Positions 39,524 through 49,216 of a stretch of DNA of 64,000 bases are shown piece by piece. The stretch lies in assembly GCA_937861125.1 (NCBI GenBank), contig CALMAY010000037.1, positions 4,941-68,940 of the forward strand, read 5' to 3'. How positions within the stretch are numbered: position 1 is the stretch's first letter; every line of letters begins with the position of its first letter. This DNA comes from an uncultured bacterium. GTDB taxonomy: Bacteria > Patescibacteriota > Patescibacteriia > Magasanikbacterales > UBA922. Under the pieces are notes generated by a model. The model was not told the DNA's origin, ran no database searches, and saw nothing but the letters and a program-made list of their open reading frames with translations. A program made the translations under genes and the position numbers.

Positions 39524-40207
39524 ATGTCCGCTTTCTTCACAAAAAAAACACTCGCACCCACCAAACGGGTGTGTTTGCGTTTACGTGAAGCACGTGAAGC
39601 AAAAAAAATGTCGCTTTCATTGTTGGCAGAAAAAACAAAAATTGACGTCAAATATCTCAGAGCACTTGAAGCGTGTGAATTTGATCAACTCCCCGCTGGC
39701 ATTGTCTATCAAAAAAACTATGTCAAAAAATACATTGAGGCACTTGGGATGGATCCAAAAGATTATATCGCTCAATTTATCGATGATGAATTTGACCACG
39801 CAGAACCAAACACACGCGTTCACCCAATACGACACATAAAAACAATCTGGTTTAGCTCAGTACCTATATATATCAACATACTTATCGGTAGCAGTATCAG
39901 TCTCTTACTTCTTGGTTATATAGGATTACAAGTTCGTACCATCCTCCAACCACCCACACTATTTATTTCTTCTCCCCAAAATGGAGTTGTAATCAACGAA
40001 CAATCTATAGCGGTCTCTGGAGAAACTGAACCAAACACAACCGTCCTGCTCAATGGTACAGAAATAAAAAACAGCGAACGAGGTACATTTGATGAAACGA
40101 TTGATCTCAGGCCTGGGCTCAACACCATCACGATCACGGTGCAAAAAAAACACGGAAAAATGACTACAGAAACACGCTACGTCGTGAGGAAAGAGATGGG
40201 AGAGTGA
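39524..40207 (+). CDS. HTH (XRE/RodZ-like) single-pass membrane protein
   Basis: LREAREAKKMSLSLLAEKTKIDVKYLRALEACEFDQLP is a RodZ-type HTH. It is followed by a TM helix and a beta-rich extracellular domain. Confidence 0.7.
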   Translation: MSAFFTKKTLAPTKRVCLRLREAREAKKMSLSLLAEKTKIDVKYLRALEACEFDQLPAGIVYQKNYVKKYIEALGMDPKDYIAQFIDDEFDHAEPNTRVHPIRHIKTIWFSSVPIYINILIGSSISLLLLGYIGLQVRTILQPPTLFISSPQNGVVINEQSIAVSGETEPNTTVLLNGTEIKNSERGTFDETIDLRPGLNTITITVQKKHGKMTTETRYVVRKEMGE

Positions 40208-40299
40208 AAAATTAACCTAATTGACCTAATTATTCTAAAGATAGTTAGACTAAGTCCTGGGTTAGAACAATTAATATAATTAGAATAATTTCCACGCTC

Positions 40300-40328
40300 T
40301 TGACACCAAAAACCAGCCGTCGTACAGT
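40300..40328 (+). promoter_or_regulatory. recA promoter
   Basis: TTGACA-N17-TACAGT. Confidence 0.55.
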
Positions 40329-40363
40329 ATAGCTACTTTACACTAATAAACCTATATAATTAT

Positions 40364-41419
40364 ATGGCAGACGATGCAAAAATGAGAATTAAAGCAGCTC
40401 AAACGGCGATTGATCAAATCAAAGAAAAATACGGTGATGGTGCCATCATGAAATTTGGTGAAGCCAAAAATTCACAGGTTGATGTTGTCCCTACTGGCTC
40501 GATTTCACTCGATATTGCTCTAGGCGTCGGTGGTGTCCCACGCGGTCGTATTATTGAAATTTTTGGAGCAGAAGCGAGTGGAAAAACAACTATCGCTCAA
40601 CACATCGTCGCAGAGGTCCAAAAACTGGGCGGCCTCGCTGCCTTTGTCGATGCAGAACACGCACTTGATCCTGACTATGCTCGCAAAATCGGCGTAGACG
40701 TCGACAACCTCCTCATCTCTCAACCAGATACGGGAGAACAAGCACTTGAAATCGTTGAAACACTCGTCCGTAGCAACGCAGTAGACGTTGTGGTCATCGA
40801 TTCTGTCGCTGCTTTGGTACCAAAAGCAGAAATCGAGGGTGAGATGGGAGAGTCCCATATGGGCCTCCAAGCTCGTTTGATGAGTCAAGCGTTGCGTAAA
40901 CTCACTGGTATCGTCAGCAAGACAAAAACAGTGGTGATCTTTATCAACCAAACACGTCTCAAAATCGGCGTCTTCTTTGGCAACCCTGAAACCACAACCG
41001 GTGGTACAGCACTCAAATTTTATTCCTCTGTTCGTCTCGAAGTACGCCGCGCAGCACAGATCAAACAAGGTGAAAAAATCATTGGCTCTCGTGCCAAAGT
41101 AAAAGTGGTCAAAAACAAAGTCTCGGCACCATTCCGCACTACTGAATTTGATATCATGTATAATGAAGGTATCTCTGTATCAGGCGACATTCTCGATACA
41201 GGCGTACTTCACAAAATTATTACCAAAAGTGGCAACACCTTTAGTTTTGGTAAAGAAAAACTGGGTGTCGGTCGTGAAAATGCAAAACAGTTCCTCCGAG
41301 AACATCCAGAAATGATCAAGCAAATCAACGAAAAAATCTGGGAGTCAGTCAAAGCGGGTGAAGCTCCTGAAGAAGAAAAAGGAAATCCAGATGAGGACAG
41401 TGAAACCGAGGAGACCTAA
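40364..41419 (+). CDS. recA: recombinase RecA
   Basis: [53 protein letters not shown] and [11 protein letters not shown]. 351 aa. Confidence 0.97.
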   Translation: MADDAKMRIKAAQTAIDQIKEKYGDGAIMKFGEAKNSQVDVVPTGSISLDIALGVGGVPRGRIIEIFGAEASGKTTIAQHIVAEVQKLGGLAAFVDAEHALDPDYARKIGVDVDNLLISQPDTGEQALEIVETLVRSNAVDVVVIDSVAALVPKAEIEGEMGESHMGLQARLMSQALRKLTGIVSKTKTVVIFINQTRLKIGVFFGNPETTTGGTALKFYSSVRLEVRRAAQIKQGEKIIGSRAKVKVVKNKVSAPFRTTEFDIMYNEGISVSGDILDTGVLHKIITKSGNTFSFGKEKLGVGRENAKQFLREHPEMIKQINEKIWESVKAGEAPEEEKGNPDEDSETEET

Positions 41420-41511
41420 ACACAACACACGACTCATATACCACGACTCAACCCTGCGCCACATCGTGCAGGGTTTATATATCGAGCGGACTGGTGATTT
41501 GACTGCTATAC

Positions 41512-41541
41512 AAAAAACCACTCATCAAAAGAGTGGTTTTT
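41512..41541. terminator. bidirectional terminator (recA / spoIID-like gene)
   Basis: ACCACTC-ATCAAAA-GAGTGGT flanked by A6 and T5. Confidence 0.7.
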
Positions 41542-41554
41542 AAACACATTACTC

Positions 41555-43432
41555 TCATTCAAACAACTTCGCCACCTTTGTCCCAGTATAATAATACCGC
41601 AGTAATTCTTTCCAACCGAGCCCTTCTTTGTCAGCACGAGCAGCAGCATCCAGCTGACTCATCCCAACTCCGTGCCCAAACAGTTTCTTTCCTTTGTCAT
41701 AGTTGGCGACCACTGGTACGAGCCATGGTTTCTCTGTCCCACCCCAGACACTCTTCCAACTTTTTGTTTTTCCATTGGTGTTGGCAAAATATGGTGTGAT
41801 CACAGGCACTTTATCATATGTCACTACATATCCACGCACAGACTCAGCTGCTTGCACAAACCGTGGCATGAGCAATTCGCTATTGTACCCAAGATACAGC
41901 TGATCTCCTGTCGTCGCAACAACATCAAAAATACCATACTTATCCGTCTGCATAATCGCATAAGCATATGACACCTGTGCGACAGACTGAGCTTTGAGAT
42001 ATTCCATTGGTGAACCATTACTATTCTCACTAATTCCTTTGGCATAATCAGACAACAGAAGATCATTGACCACCCAAACATCATCACTTTTTTGACCTTT
42101 TCTCATTTCCAATTTTCCTCGATATGCATTAAAGTTTTTAGGGCCTTTCCAACTCACCAACCGTTCATAACTCTCAATGGTGTACACCGCACTGTCATTT
42201 GTTTTTGGAATAAGTTCAAGAGATTCACTTCCATGGTATCGCTTTACGCCAATACGAGCGGTGTAGCTCCCAGCATTATGATACAACTTGATGGACTTAC
42301 CCGGCGCAAGAGTGGCCACATCAATACCATCGACAACTACACGATATGTATCTGACACACGGACTCGCACAGTCTCTTTGACAACAAAAAGGCCTACTCG
42401 AATCCATGGTTCATCAATCAAAGAGATATGTTCCTCATCAACAGAAGTGGTATCTTCTATCATTTCCTCAATAGTATCATCAGGAAGTCTCACTACTCTA
42501 TACGATGACGGTGCATCTGTACTCACTATGACTGGAAGTTTGGTCTCGCCTACAACCACCCCTTTGACAACCAAACGAAATGTCAATGTATATGTGCCCT
42601 GCTTTGGTGGTGTCCGAAAGACAAACTTCTGACGCAAAAAACCACCGACTTCAGTGGATTTTGTCTGAGTAGCGATCACTGTCTTACTCTCCCAGCTCGT
42701 ATCTGCAAACAACGACGGATCATCAGCTGAAACTTGCAGTACTGTATCTCCCCATGATTCCGCCCCCACATTCCTGTATGCCAATGTAAATGGTATAGTT
42801 TCACCTCCAGCAGCTGTAATTTTTGACCGTGTCATAAACGACTTCTTGGCCAAAAGTGCAGGCACGGTGTTACTTGAGGAGGACGTATCACCTTCCTCTG
42901 TCACTGTATGTGTAGGAGACACGACCAGCTTGAGAAAAAAATACCCACCCTCAAGCCAACTATAATTCTCTGCAGCGAGATAAAACTCTTCTGTATATTC
43001 ACCTGCAATAGTGGGTGCTCTCAAAACAACGGTAAGCTCTGCCACCTCTCCGGGTTTGGTAGTCTTTGTAATCGCATTGGTCTGTTTTTTGCTCTTCCAC
43101 GTACTATCTGCAAAAACAGACGATCGATCCCGTGGCTCCATCGTATACGCTGAGATATAGCGCGCGCCACTTGCATTCCAAGTCTGAGTACCAGTATTCC
43201 TAAACTTGATAGTGATCGTACGCGTCTCCCCAGCCTCCATCTCAATAGGATCAGGAATAGATTGGGAGATATATTTGGCACTATACCCTGCTGCATCTTT
43301 GATTGTTGGTTTTGGATCAGCTGCATGAACAGTCAAAGGAACAAAAAACAAGGACCAAAGAACAAGGAACAAGGAACATGTAACGAGAAAAAAGAGGTGT
43401 GATACATGATACGTGGTACGTGTATGTAACAT
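41555..43432 (-). CDS. SpoIID/LytB-domain protein with N-terminal beta-sandwich repeats
   Basis: C-terminal TPYFANTNGKTKSWKSVWGG...GHGVGMSQLDAAARADKEG is the SpoIID signature. N-terminal signal/TM segment. 625 aa. Confidence 0.8.
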   Translation of the reverse strand: MLHTRTTYHVSHLFFLVTCSLFLVLWSLFFVPLTVHAADPKPTIKDAAGYSAKYISQSIPDPIEMEAGETRTITIKFRNTGTQTWNASGARYISAYTMEPRDRSSVFADSTWKSKKQTNAITKTTKPGEVAELTVVLRAPTIAGEYTEEFYLAAENYSWLEGGYFFLKLVVSPTHTVTEEGDTSSSSNTVPALLAKKSFMTRSKITAAGGETIPFTLAYRNVGAESWGDTVLQVSADDPSLFADTSWESKTVIATQTKSTEVGGFLRQKFVFRTPPKQGTYTLTFRLVVKGVVVGETKLPVIVSTDAPSSYRVVRLPDDTIEEMIEDTTSVDEEHISLIDEPWIRVGLFVVKETVRVRVSDTYRVVVDGIDVATLAPGKSIKLYHNAGSYTARIGVKRYHGSESLELIPKTNDSAVYTIESYERLVSWKGPKNFNAYRGKLEMRKGQKSDDVWVVNDLLLSDYAKGISENSNGSPMEYLKAQSVAQVSYAYAIMQTDKYGIFDVVATTGDQLYLGYNSELLMPRFVQAAESVRGYVVTYDKVPVITPYFANTNGKTKSWKSVWGGTEKPWLVPVVANYDKGKKLFGHGVGMSQLDAAARADKEGLGWKELLRYYYTGTKVAKLFE

Positions 43433-43538
43433 AGAGTATCAGTATATCACATTTTTACCTCCACCGAAAGTTGTTTTCATCACCAGAAGCAGGTATACTA
43501 CACTCGTATTTTCGCAGCTTCATCCCATCAAAGCTTCT

Positions 43539-44972
43539 ATGTCCACCAACCGCGCTATCGCCCATAATACTGCTATCCAAATGATCGGCAAAGCCATCTC
43601 AACCATGCTTGGTCTTGTCGCCATGGCGATGTTGATGCGATATCTTCCGACCGAGCAGTTTGGATGGTACGTCACCACTATTGGATTTTTGGGATTTGTC
43701 GGTATTTTGATTGATTTTGGACTTATTCCTGTCACCGCACAAATGCTCAGCGCACAACCAGAACGAAAACAAGAGCTTGTCAGTAATCTACTCGGTCTTC
43801 GCATAACAACTGCAGGGTTCTTTCTGCTCCTGACACCACTTATTTCCTTTTTACTTCCCTATCCAACGGAAGTACACATTGCTATTGCCATTTCGTGTAT
43901 CTCTTTTTTTTGTATTAGCGTCAATCAAATCTTTACTGGATATTTTCAAACCAAGATGCAAATGATTGTACCTGTGATTGGTGAATTTGTCTCGCGAATC
44001 ACCCTCGTCACAGGACTGGCACTTGGTATATGTTTCTCTACTCCATTTCTTGGCATCATGAGTATCATCACGCTTGCAGGAGTGATGTATACACTCATAA
44101 TGGGAATTATCTTTTACAAAGACAAGATACTTCACCTTGCCTGGAACATGCCCGTCTGGCGTGAAATCGCTCTCCAGAGCTGGCCTATCACTGTTGCGGT
44201 GCTTTTCAATGTTGTATACCTTCGCAGTGATACCGTCATCCTCTCCCTTTTTCGTGATCAAGTGGAGGTAGGAATTTACGGTGCTGCATACCGTGTCATT
44301 GACATTATCGCCCAAACCGCGCTGATGATCATGGGTATCATGCTTCCACTCCTCACCAGTGCATATACCAAACGACTCACCAATGAATTTCACGATAGGT
44401 TTAGTCAGTCTGTCTCAATTATGGCACTTCTTGGGCTCCCCATGGTCGCCGGACTACTCATGCTAGGTCATCCTATTATCGAATTTATTGGCGGTACACG
44501 GTACAACGAGTCAGGTACCATATTACAAATCCTTGCACTCGCATTGCTTGGAATCTTTTTGGGTAGTATCTTTGGACACATGGCAGTCGCCACCAATACC
44601 CAGCATAAAACACTCTGGATATATGCCCTTACTGCAGTACTGACACTGACTGGATATTTTGTCATGATTCCTCGATTTGGCATTTATGGTGCTGCATGGA
44701 TGAGTGTTTTTTCTGAGTGGCTCACTGGAATACTACTATGTCTATCACTGATATACTTTACCAAAGAGCATATCGAATGGACACCTTTGATAAAAATCAT
44801 CTGCGCAACACTTGGCATGAGTGCAATGATCTACTTTACCCGCCCATACCTTCATATCATCCTCCTTATCCCTCTGGCTATGGCTGTCTATACAGGACTG
44901 ATCTTACTGCTTCGTGTGGTGAAAAAAGAAACACTACAAGAGCTATTACCACTTCAAAAAACAACACTGTAG
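43539..44972 (+). CDS. MOP-superfamily polysaccharide/lipid-linked-oligosaccharide flippase
   Basis: About 14 TM helices. The start MSTNRAIAHNTAIQMIGKAISTMLGLV is typical of Wzx/MurJ-like proteins. I chose the start at 43539. Confidence 0.75.
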   Translation: MSTNRAIAHNTAIQMIGKAISTMLGLVAMAMLMRYLPTEQFGWYVTTIGFLGFVGILIDFGLIPVTAQMLSAQPERKQELVSNLLGLRITTAGFFLLLTPLISFLLPYPTEVHIAIAISCISFFCISVNQIFTGYFQTKMQMIVPVIGEFVSRITLVTGLALGICFSTPFLGIMSIITLAGVMYTLIMGIIFYKDKILHLAWNMPVWREIALQSWPITVAVLFNVVYLRSDTVILSLFRDQVEVGIYGAAYRVIDIIAQTALMIMGIMLPLLTSAYTKRLTNEFHDRFSQSVSIMALLGLPMVAGLLMLGHPIIEFIGGTRYNESGTILQILALALLGIFLGSIFGHMAVATNTQHKTLWIYALTAVLTLTGYFVMIPRFGIYGAAWMSVFSEWLTGILLCLSLIYFTKEHIEWTPLIKIICATLGMSAMIYFTRPYLHIILLIPLAMAVYTGLILLLRVVKKETLQELLPLQKTTL

Positions 44973-44974
44973 AT

Positions 44975-45655
44975 ATGTCTATCTCTTGTATTATCCCCTT
45001 TTACAACGAGGGAGAACGTCTCAAACGCACTCTTGATATTGTTACTCTTGTTCCCGACATAGATGAGATTATTTGTGTTGACGACGGATCAACTGACGGT
45101 GTCCATGAATATATCCGACAATTATTCCCATCCATCATACTCATACGACAAGAGGTAAACCAAGGAAAAGTCGCTGCCATTGCCCAAGGTGTCTATCGTG
45201 CGACACACCCCACGCTCTTTTTGCTAGATGCTGATCTAGAGGGACTGAGTACATCAGAACTCTCTCGTACCATTCAAAGATATACCCGTGGCGATATCGA
45301 TGTATTGATCATGGGACGTCGATCGACCAATTGGTTTGTACGACTCAATCGAGGGGATATTATCTTTTCTGGTCAACGCATTGTCACAAAAGAAGATGTA
45401 ACCAAAACAATCTCACTCAAACCAAAAGGATATCAACTTGAAATAGCCATGAACAAAGTATTACGACAACAAAAACGTCGTATTGGTGCACTCATGTCAA
45501 CTGGCATGACCAATACATACAAATACAAAAAATGGGGATATGTCGGTGGCTGGTACAGAGAACTCGCTATGGCGTGGAGTCTGATTCGCTTTGCTGGTAT
45601 ACGTGAATATCTCAGCCAAGTACTCACCTTTGCCAAAACAGAAATTACACTATGA
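44975..45655 (+). CDS. family 2 glycosyltransferase
   Basis: SCIIPFYNEGERL...CVDDGSTDG...LLDADL are GT2 motifs. The ATG lies 3 nt after the flippase stop. The longer ORF-track call (44717) overlaps the flippase. Confidence 0.85.
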   Translation: MSISCIIPFYNEGERLKRTLDIVTLVPDIDEIICVDDGSTDGVHEYIRQLFPSIILIRQEVNQGKVAAIAQGVYRATHPTLFLLDADLEGLSTSELSRTIQRYTRGDIDVLIMGRRSTNWFVRLNRGDIIFSGQRIVTKEDVTKTISLKPKGYQLEIAMNKVLRQQKRRIGALMSTGMTNTYKYKKWGYVGGWYRELAMAWSLIRFAGIREYLSQVLTFAKTEITL

Positions 45656-47073
45656 CGTATACACTGATTGCCCTATACACATTTCTCTTTGCATACATTA
45701 CGTGGCGTCGTTTTGAGCACGGACTGTTTTTGTTTTTTCTTCTTCTCCCCACATATTTGATTCGCTTTCCTCTTTTTGGCGTTCCGACGACGTTGCTTGA
45801 GGTAATGTTTTGGATATTGTTTGGTGTGTGGGCTTTATCGCGTATCACATACCATATATCACACAGCGAACAAACCAAAGAAAAACTTTTGTTACGCGTT
45901 ACGCGTTATGTGAAAAATACATACACCAAACAACCGCTTCTTTTTACTTCAATTATTCTCTTTCTCCTTGGTGCCACTATTTCCATATTCACCTCTATTA
46001 ATATCCGCACAGCACTCGGTGAATGGAAAGCATTTTATGTTGAACCGGTTATTTTATTTCTACTACTCGTTACCACAATAAAAGATAGAGGGCAGAATAT
46101 AGAAGATAGCGAAACACGTCCCCATCTTCTGTATTCTATACTCTACATTCTAACACCTCTCCTCCTCTGCGGCCTCATCACCTCCCTCCTTGCTATCTAC
46201 CAACACTTCACTGGTTGGTACGTACCATACGCATTTTGGGAAAATAGAGCGACCTATCGCGTCACCGCATGGTATGGATTTCCAAATGGAGTAGGGTTGT
46301 TTCTTGCTCCTTTGGTGCCGTTGGCAATCGGGATGATAATTTCATTCATTCATGAAACAAAAAGCAGCATAATCAAAAGATCATATAATCATATAATCAT
46401 TACCACAATTTCTTTACTTTATATTCCTTGCTCTATACTCGCTATTCTCTTTGCCAAAAGTACTGGTGCTCTCATTGGTATTGCAGCAAGTATTGGTTTC
46501 CTTCTACTGCTATACAAAAAAACACGTTGGCTCACACTCGCTGTTGGTATAGTAGGTATTGTCAGTCTTTTTAGTGTTTCAAGTCTCAAACCCATTCGTG
46601 ATGAAATATTTTTTCAAGATCGTTCTGGACAAATCCGCCTTGCAATCTATGATGAAACAATACAACTCCTCAAAGATCGACCAATCTTTGGGGCAGGTAT
46701 CGCATCATACGACGAACGTATTGCCCCATACCATGGACGTGTCAACGGTGAATCAATCGAAATATTTCACCATCCCCATAATATCTTTTTGACCATGTGG
46801 GTAAATATAGGGCTGATTGGATTAATTGGTTTTTTGGGAATTATTGTTTGGTGTTTCAAGAGAAGTTACGAAGTGATGATGTTACGAAGTTACGAAGAAA
46901 AAACCAATTACCAATTACCCATTACTCATTACTTGCTTACCCCAATGATCGTACTTCTAACAAGCGGCCTCGTTGACTCTCCCTATATCAAAAATGATTT
47001 AGCATTTTTATTTTGGGCTATCATCAGTATCATCTATAGCATGTCCTACAAAAAAATAAATTCCTCTCTATGA
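45652..47073 (+). CDS. O-antigen ligase/polymerase-like (Wzy_C) membrane protein
   Basis: Polytopic; it has an AKSTGALIGIAAS loop and a periplasmic loop with GAGIASYDE. ATGA overlaps on both ends. Confidence 0.65.
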   Translation: MTYTLIALYTFLFAYITWRRFEHGLFLFFLLLPTYLIRFPLFGVPTTLLEVMFWILFGVWALSRITYHISHSEQTKEKLLLRVTRYVKNTYTKQPLLFTSIILFLLGATISIFTSINIRTALGEWKAFYVEPVILFLLLVTTIKDRGQNIEDSETRPHLLYSILYILTPLLLCGLITSLLAIYQHFTGWYVPYAFWENRATYRVTAWYGFPNGVGLFLAPLVPLAIGMIISFIHETKSSIIKRSYNHIIITTISLLYIPCSILAILFAKSTGALIGIAASIGFLLLLYKKTRWLTLAVGIVGIVSLFSVSSLKPIRDEIFFQDRSGQIRLAIYDETIQLLKDRPIFGAGIASYDERIAPYHGRVNGESIEIFHHPHNIFLTMWVNIGLIGLIGFLGIIVWCFKRSYEVMMLRSYEEKTNYQLPITHYLLTPMIVLLTSGLVDSPYIKNDLAFLFWAIISIIYSMSYKKINSSL

Positions 47074-47675
47074 TAGAGTTACTTACCTCCTACATACTCA
47101 ACGCGCTCACATTTGGCGGGTATACCACCTTTTTTCTTTTGACATTTCTCGACAGCACCATCATCCCACTCCCAAATGAAACATTTATGCCATTTGTCGG
47201 TGCACTGATACAACGTGGTGAGTTTACCTGGTACGCTATCCTGGTACTCAGTAGTATTGGTGCGATACTGGGGTCTCTCACTTCTTATGCGATTGGATAC
47301 TACGGTACCGAACCCTTTGTCAAAAGATATGGGAAATATTTTTTCATCACCATAAAAGATATTGAAAAAACACATCTCTTTTTCAAAAAACATGGTGAAA
47401 TAACCATCCTCATCGCTCGTTTCATTCCGGTAGTACGACAATTCAGCTCTCTCCCTGCCGGTGCTGCAAAAATGAATATCTGGAAATTTTGTCTCTACAC
47501 TGGACTCGGCTCTCTTATTTGGAACACACTTATTCTCTTTGCAGGATACAGCACCAGTAAATATGCTTTGATACTCTCACAGAGTATGCCGTATATAGAA
47601 AAAAGTATGTACATAGGAGCGATTATTGCAATAAGTATTTGGTTTATCCAATACATAAAACACAAAACAATATAA
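47070..47675 (+). CDS. DedA-family membrane protein
   Basis: The FIPVVRQFSSLPAGAAKMN motif and overall topology fit DedA/SNARE-associated proteins. Confidence 0.85.
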   Translation: MIELLTSYILNALTFGGYTTFFLLTFLDSTIIPLPNETFMPFVGALIQRGEFTWYAILVLSSIGAILGSLTSYAIGYYGTEPFVKRYGKYFFITIKDIEKTHLFFKKHGEITILIARFIPVVRQFSSLPAGAAKMNIWKFCLYTGLGSLIWNTLILFAGYSTSKYALILSQSMPYIEKSMYIGAIIAISIWFIQYIKHKTI

Positions 47676-47685
47676 ACAAAAAACC

Positions 47686-47756
47686 CACCCTCCAGTTCCC
47701 CCTCCCACTCATATCAATATGTTTGATACGAATGGCAGTGGCTGGAAGGTGAGTTC
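47686..47756. repeat. R1a: 71-bp three-tier hairpin module (3' flank of cassette A)
   Basis: 70/71 identical to 48488-48558. Outer stem CACC(C/T)TCCAG/CTGGAAGGTG, middle stem CCACT/AGTGG, inner stem TATCAA/TTGATA. On the minus strand this copy is followed by GGTTTTTTG. Confidence 0.9.
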
Positions 47757-47783
47757 TCAAACCACCCCTCAATACAAACGGAT

Positions 47784-48365
47784 TCAATCCCGTGGAGGAA
47801 CACCAGACATTAACCCATCACGGATCTTGTCGATTTCTGCAATAATGTGTGCAGCTCCAACAGGATCAATCCGAGAAAATGCCGATGTCCACTCTTCAGC
47901 GCGATTAATGGTCATTGGAATGTACCCTGTACCAACGCCGCTCAGTGCAGATTTGTGTGTGCCAAGCTCATGGGCAGCTTGCTCCAGAGTCCACCCCCGG
48001 ATAGTTTTCCAACGATGTATGAGTTGTACTACTCGTTGCTGACGTGGCAACAGCCATACTTTATCCTCTTCGTGGACAGAATTCTTGCGCATCACACCCC
48101 TTCGAACAGCTGCGGGTCCAGACACAGGCGCAACAGGTACCGGCACAGCAACCTCGGGGGCAGTCGGTGCCGGTGACGAAATCACATGTTGGATAATCGC
48201 CGGTGTAGGATTTGCACCCTGCAAAGAAAACCCACCGTACTCAACCAAGAACCCAGCGTCTTTCAGGTCACCCAACATCTTACTGAGCACAGATGTCGCT
48301 GCCTCCAGATCTTCGATGCGAACCACGACAACCACCTGAACCTTCTGGAGCGTTTTATGCGCCAT
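47784..48365 (-). CDS. GC-rich orphan protein A with a C-terminal XRE-like HTH
   Basis: 193 aa, with RBS AAGAGGT 7 nt upstream. A Pro/Ala linker (PAPTAPEVAVPVPVAPVSGPAAV) is followed by GWTLEQAAHELGTHKSALSGV (HTH-like). Sampled lines are 60-65 % G+C. Confidence 0.65.
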   Translation of the reverse strand: MAHKTLQKVQVVVVVRIEDLEAATSVLSKMLGDLKDAGFLVEYGGFSLQGANPTPAIIQHVISSPAPTAPEVAVPVPVAPVSGPAAVRRGVMRKNSVHEEDKVWLLPRQQRVVQLIHRWKTIRGWTLEQAAHELGTHKSALSGVGTGYIPMTINRAEEWTSAFSRIDPVGAAHIIAEIDKIRDGLMSGVPPRD

Positions 48366-48387
48366 GACTCTACCTCTTGTGTTTGAA

Positions 48388-48460
48388 ACCAGGGACCATC
48401 CCCAGCCTTCATACTAGTCACAAAATATATGAATAGTATGAAAGTGAGGATGGTGTTTGT
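48388..48460. repeat. R2a: 73-bp 5' module (promoter/operator-like) of cassette A
   Basis: 71/73 identical to 48937-49009. Contains the inverted repeat CATACTA-N17-TAGTATG, and on the minus strand a TAGTAT box and a CTGGGGA-TGG-TCCCTGG hairpin. Confidence 0.9.
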
Positions 48461-48487
48461 TTTGATTGGAATGACCATACGAACTTT

Positions 48488-48558
48488 CACCTTCCAGTTC
48501 CCCCTCCCACTCATATCAATATGTTTGATACGAATGGCAGTGGCTGGAAGGTGAGTTC
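48488..48558. repeat. R1b: 71-bp hairpin module (3' flank of cassette B)
   Basis: See R1a. Confidence 0.9.
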
Positions 48559-48583
48559 CGATTCCACTCCGATGCACGAAGGA

Positions 48584-48916
48584 TTACCCGACACCAAGAA
48601 GGATAGCGTTCGAATGCTTTGCAGCACGCGCCTGCTTGCCGTCATCTTGTCGTACAATCCATCTGTCTTTTTCGAGACAGTAGGCACTCATGACGATGCC
48701 ATTGTCTACGAAGTACAGACGTATAACTGCCCTACCAAACTGCATTTCTCCTCCATGCTCCTTGGTGAGCATGTCAAACGTCGTGCGGTTTGCTGGGGCA
48801 ATCCCCAAGCGAGTGAAGGCCTGTGAAGGCCTTTCCTCAGCTTCAATGACACGCGAATGAAGGCGAACCGTAACGCCACTACTCAGCGTGAACACATCTT
48901 GTTTTTTTCTGCTCAT
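48584..48916 (-). CDS. GC-rich orphan protein B
   Basis: 110 aa from the ATG at 48916 (MSRKKQDVFTL...), which directly follows R2b. The ORF-track call to 49114 reads through the repeat. About 55 % G+C in the sampled line. No family recognised. Confidence 0.55.
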   Translation of the reverse strand: MSRKKQDVFTLSSGVTVRLHSRVIEAEERPSQAFTRLGIAPANRTTFDMLTKEHGGEMQFGRAVIRLYFVDNGIVMSAYCLEKDRWIVRQDDGKQARAAKHSNAILLGVG

Positions 48917-48936
48917 TTTTTTCCTTTGAAAGAATA

Positions 48937-49009
48937 ACCAGGGACCATCCCCAGCCTTCATACTAGTCACAAAATATATGAATAGTATGAAAGTGGAGAT
49001 GGTGTTTGT
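48937..49009. repeat. R2b: 73-bp 5' module of cassette B
   Basis: See R2a. Confidence 0.9.
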
Positions 49010-49178
49010 ATATGAATTGTAATGTGCTTTCCTCTTTTGTGAGGATGAGATACTATATCGTACTGATACATTTTTATCAATAATCCTTATATATACAAAT
49101 TTTATAAATACCATAAATATGCATAATTTTAGCTTTGTATAGCAAAATATTTATACACACAAATAATATAAAATATTT

Positions 49179-49207
49179 TTGACAAAAATAATATTATATG
49201 CTATACT
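49179..49207 (+). promoter_or_regulatory. promoter of the second trmB-like gene
   Basis: TTGACA-N17-TATACT within a very AT-rich 200-bp spacer. The ATG lies 10 nt after the -10 box. Confidence 0.6.
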
Positions 49208-49216
49208 CCCTCTACT

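Noticed and set aside
39405-39839. 144-aa ORF spanning the ftsK stop, MITE copy 3 and the start of the rodZ-like gene; likewise 60450..60728 and 62068..62259
   Set aside because: These are read-through artefacts created by the palindromic repeat elements. The in-frame rodZ-like, greA and ABC genes explain the coding signal.
44717-44974. N-terminal 86-aa extension of the GT2 ORF (track start 44717)
   Set aside because: The extension overlaps the 3' end of the flippase gene in another frame. The GT2 motifs begin right after the ATG at 44975, which sits 3 nt after the flippase stop.
47686-49009. R1 hairpins as integron attC sites, or R1 and R2 as terminal inverted repeats of a transposon
   Set aside because: There is no IntI-type integrase and no GTTRRRY/RYYYAAC core sites at the R1 ends. 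By eye, the similarity between R1 and the reverse complement of R2 is only patchy (CACT...CATA...TTTG...CTGG) and could be chance in AT-rich sequence. I did not see target-site duplications.
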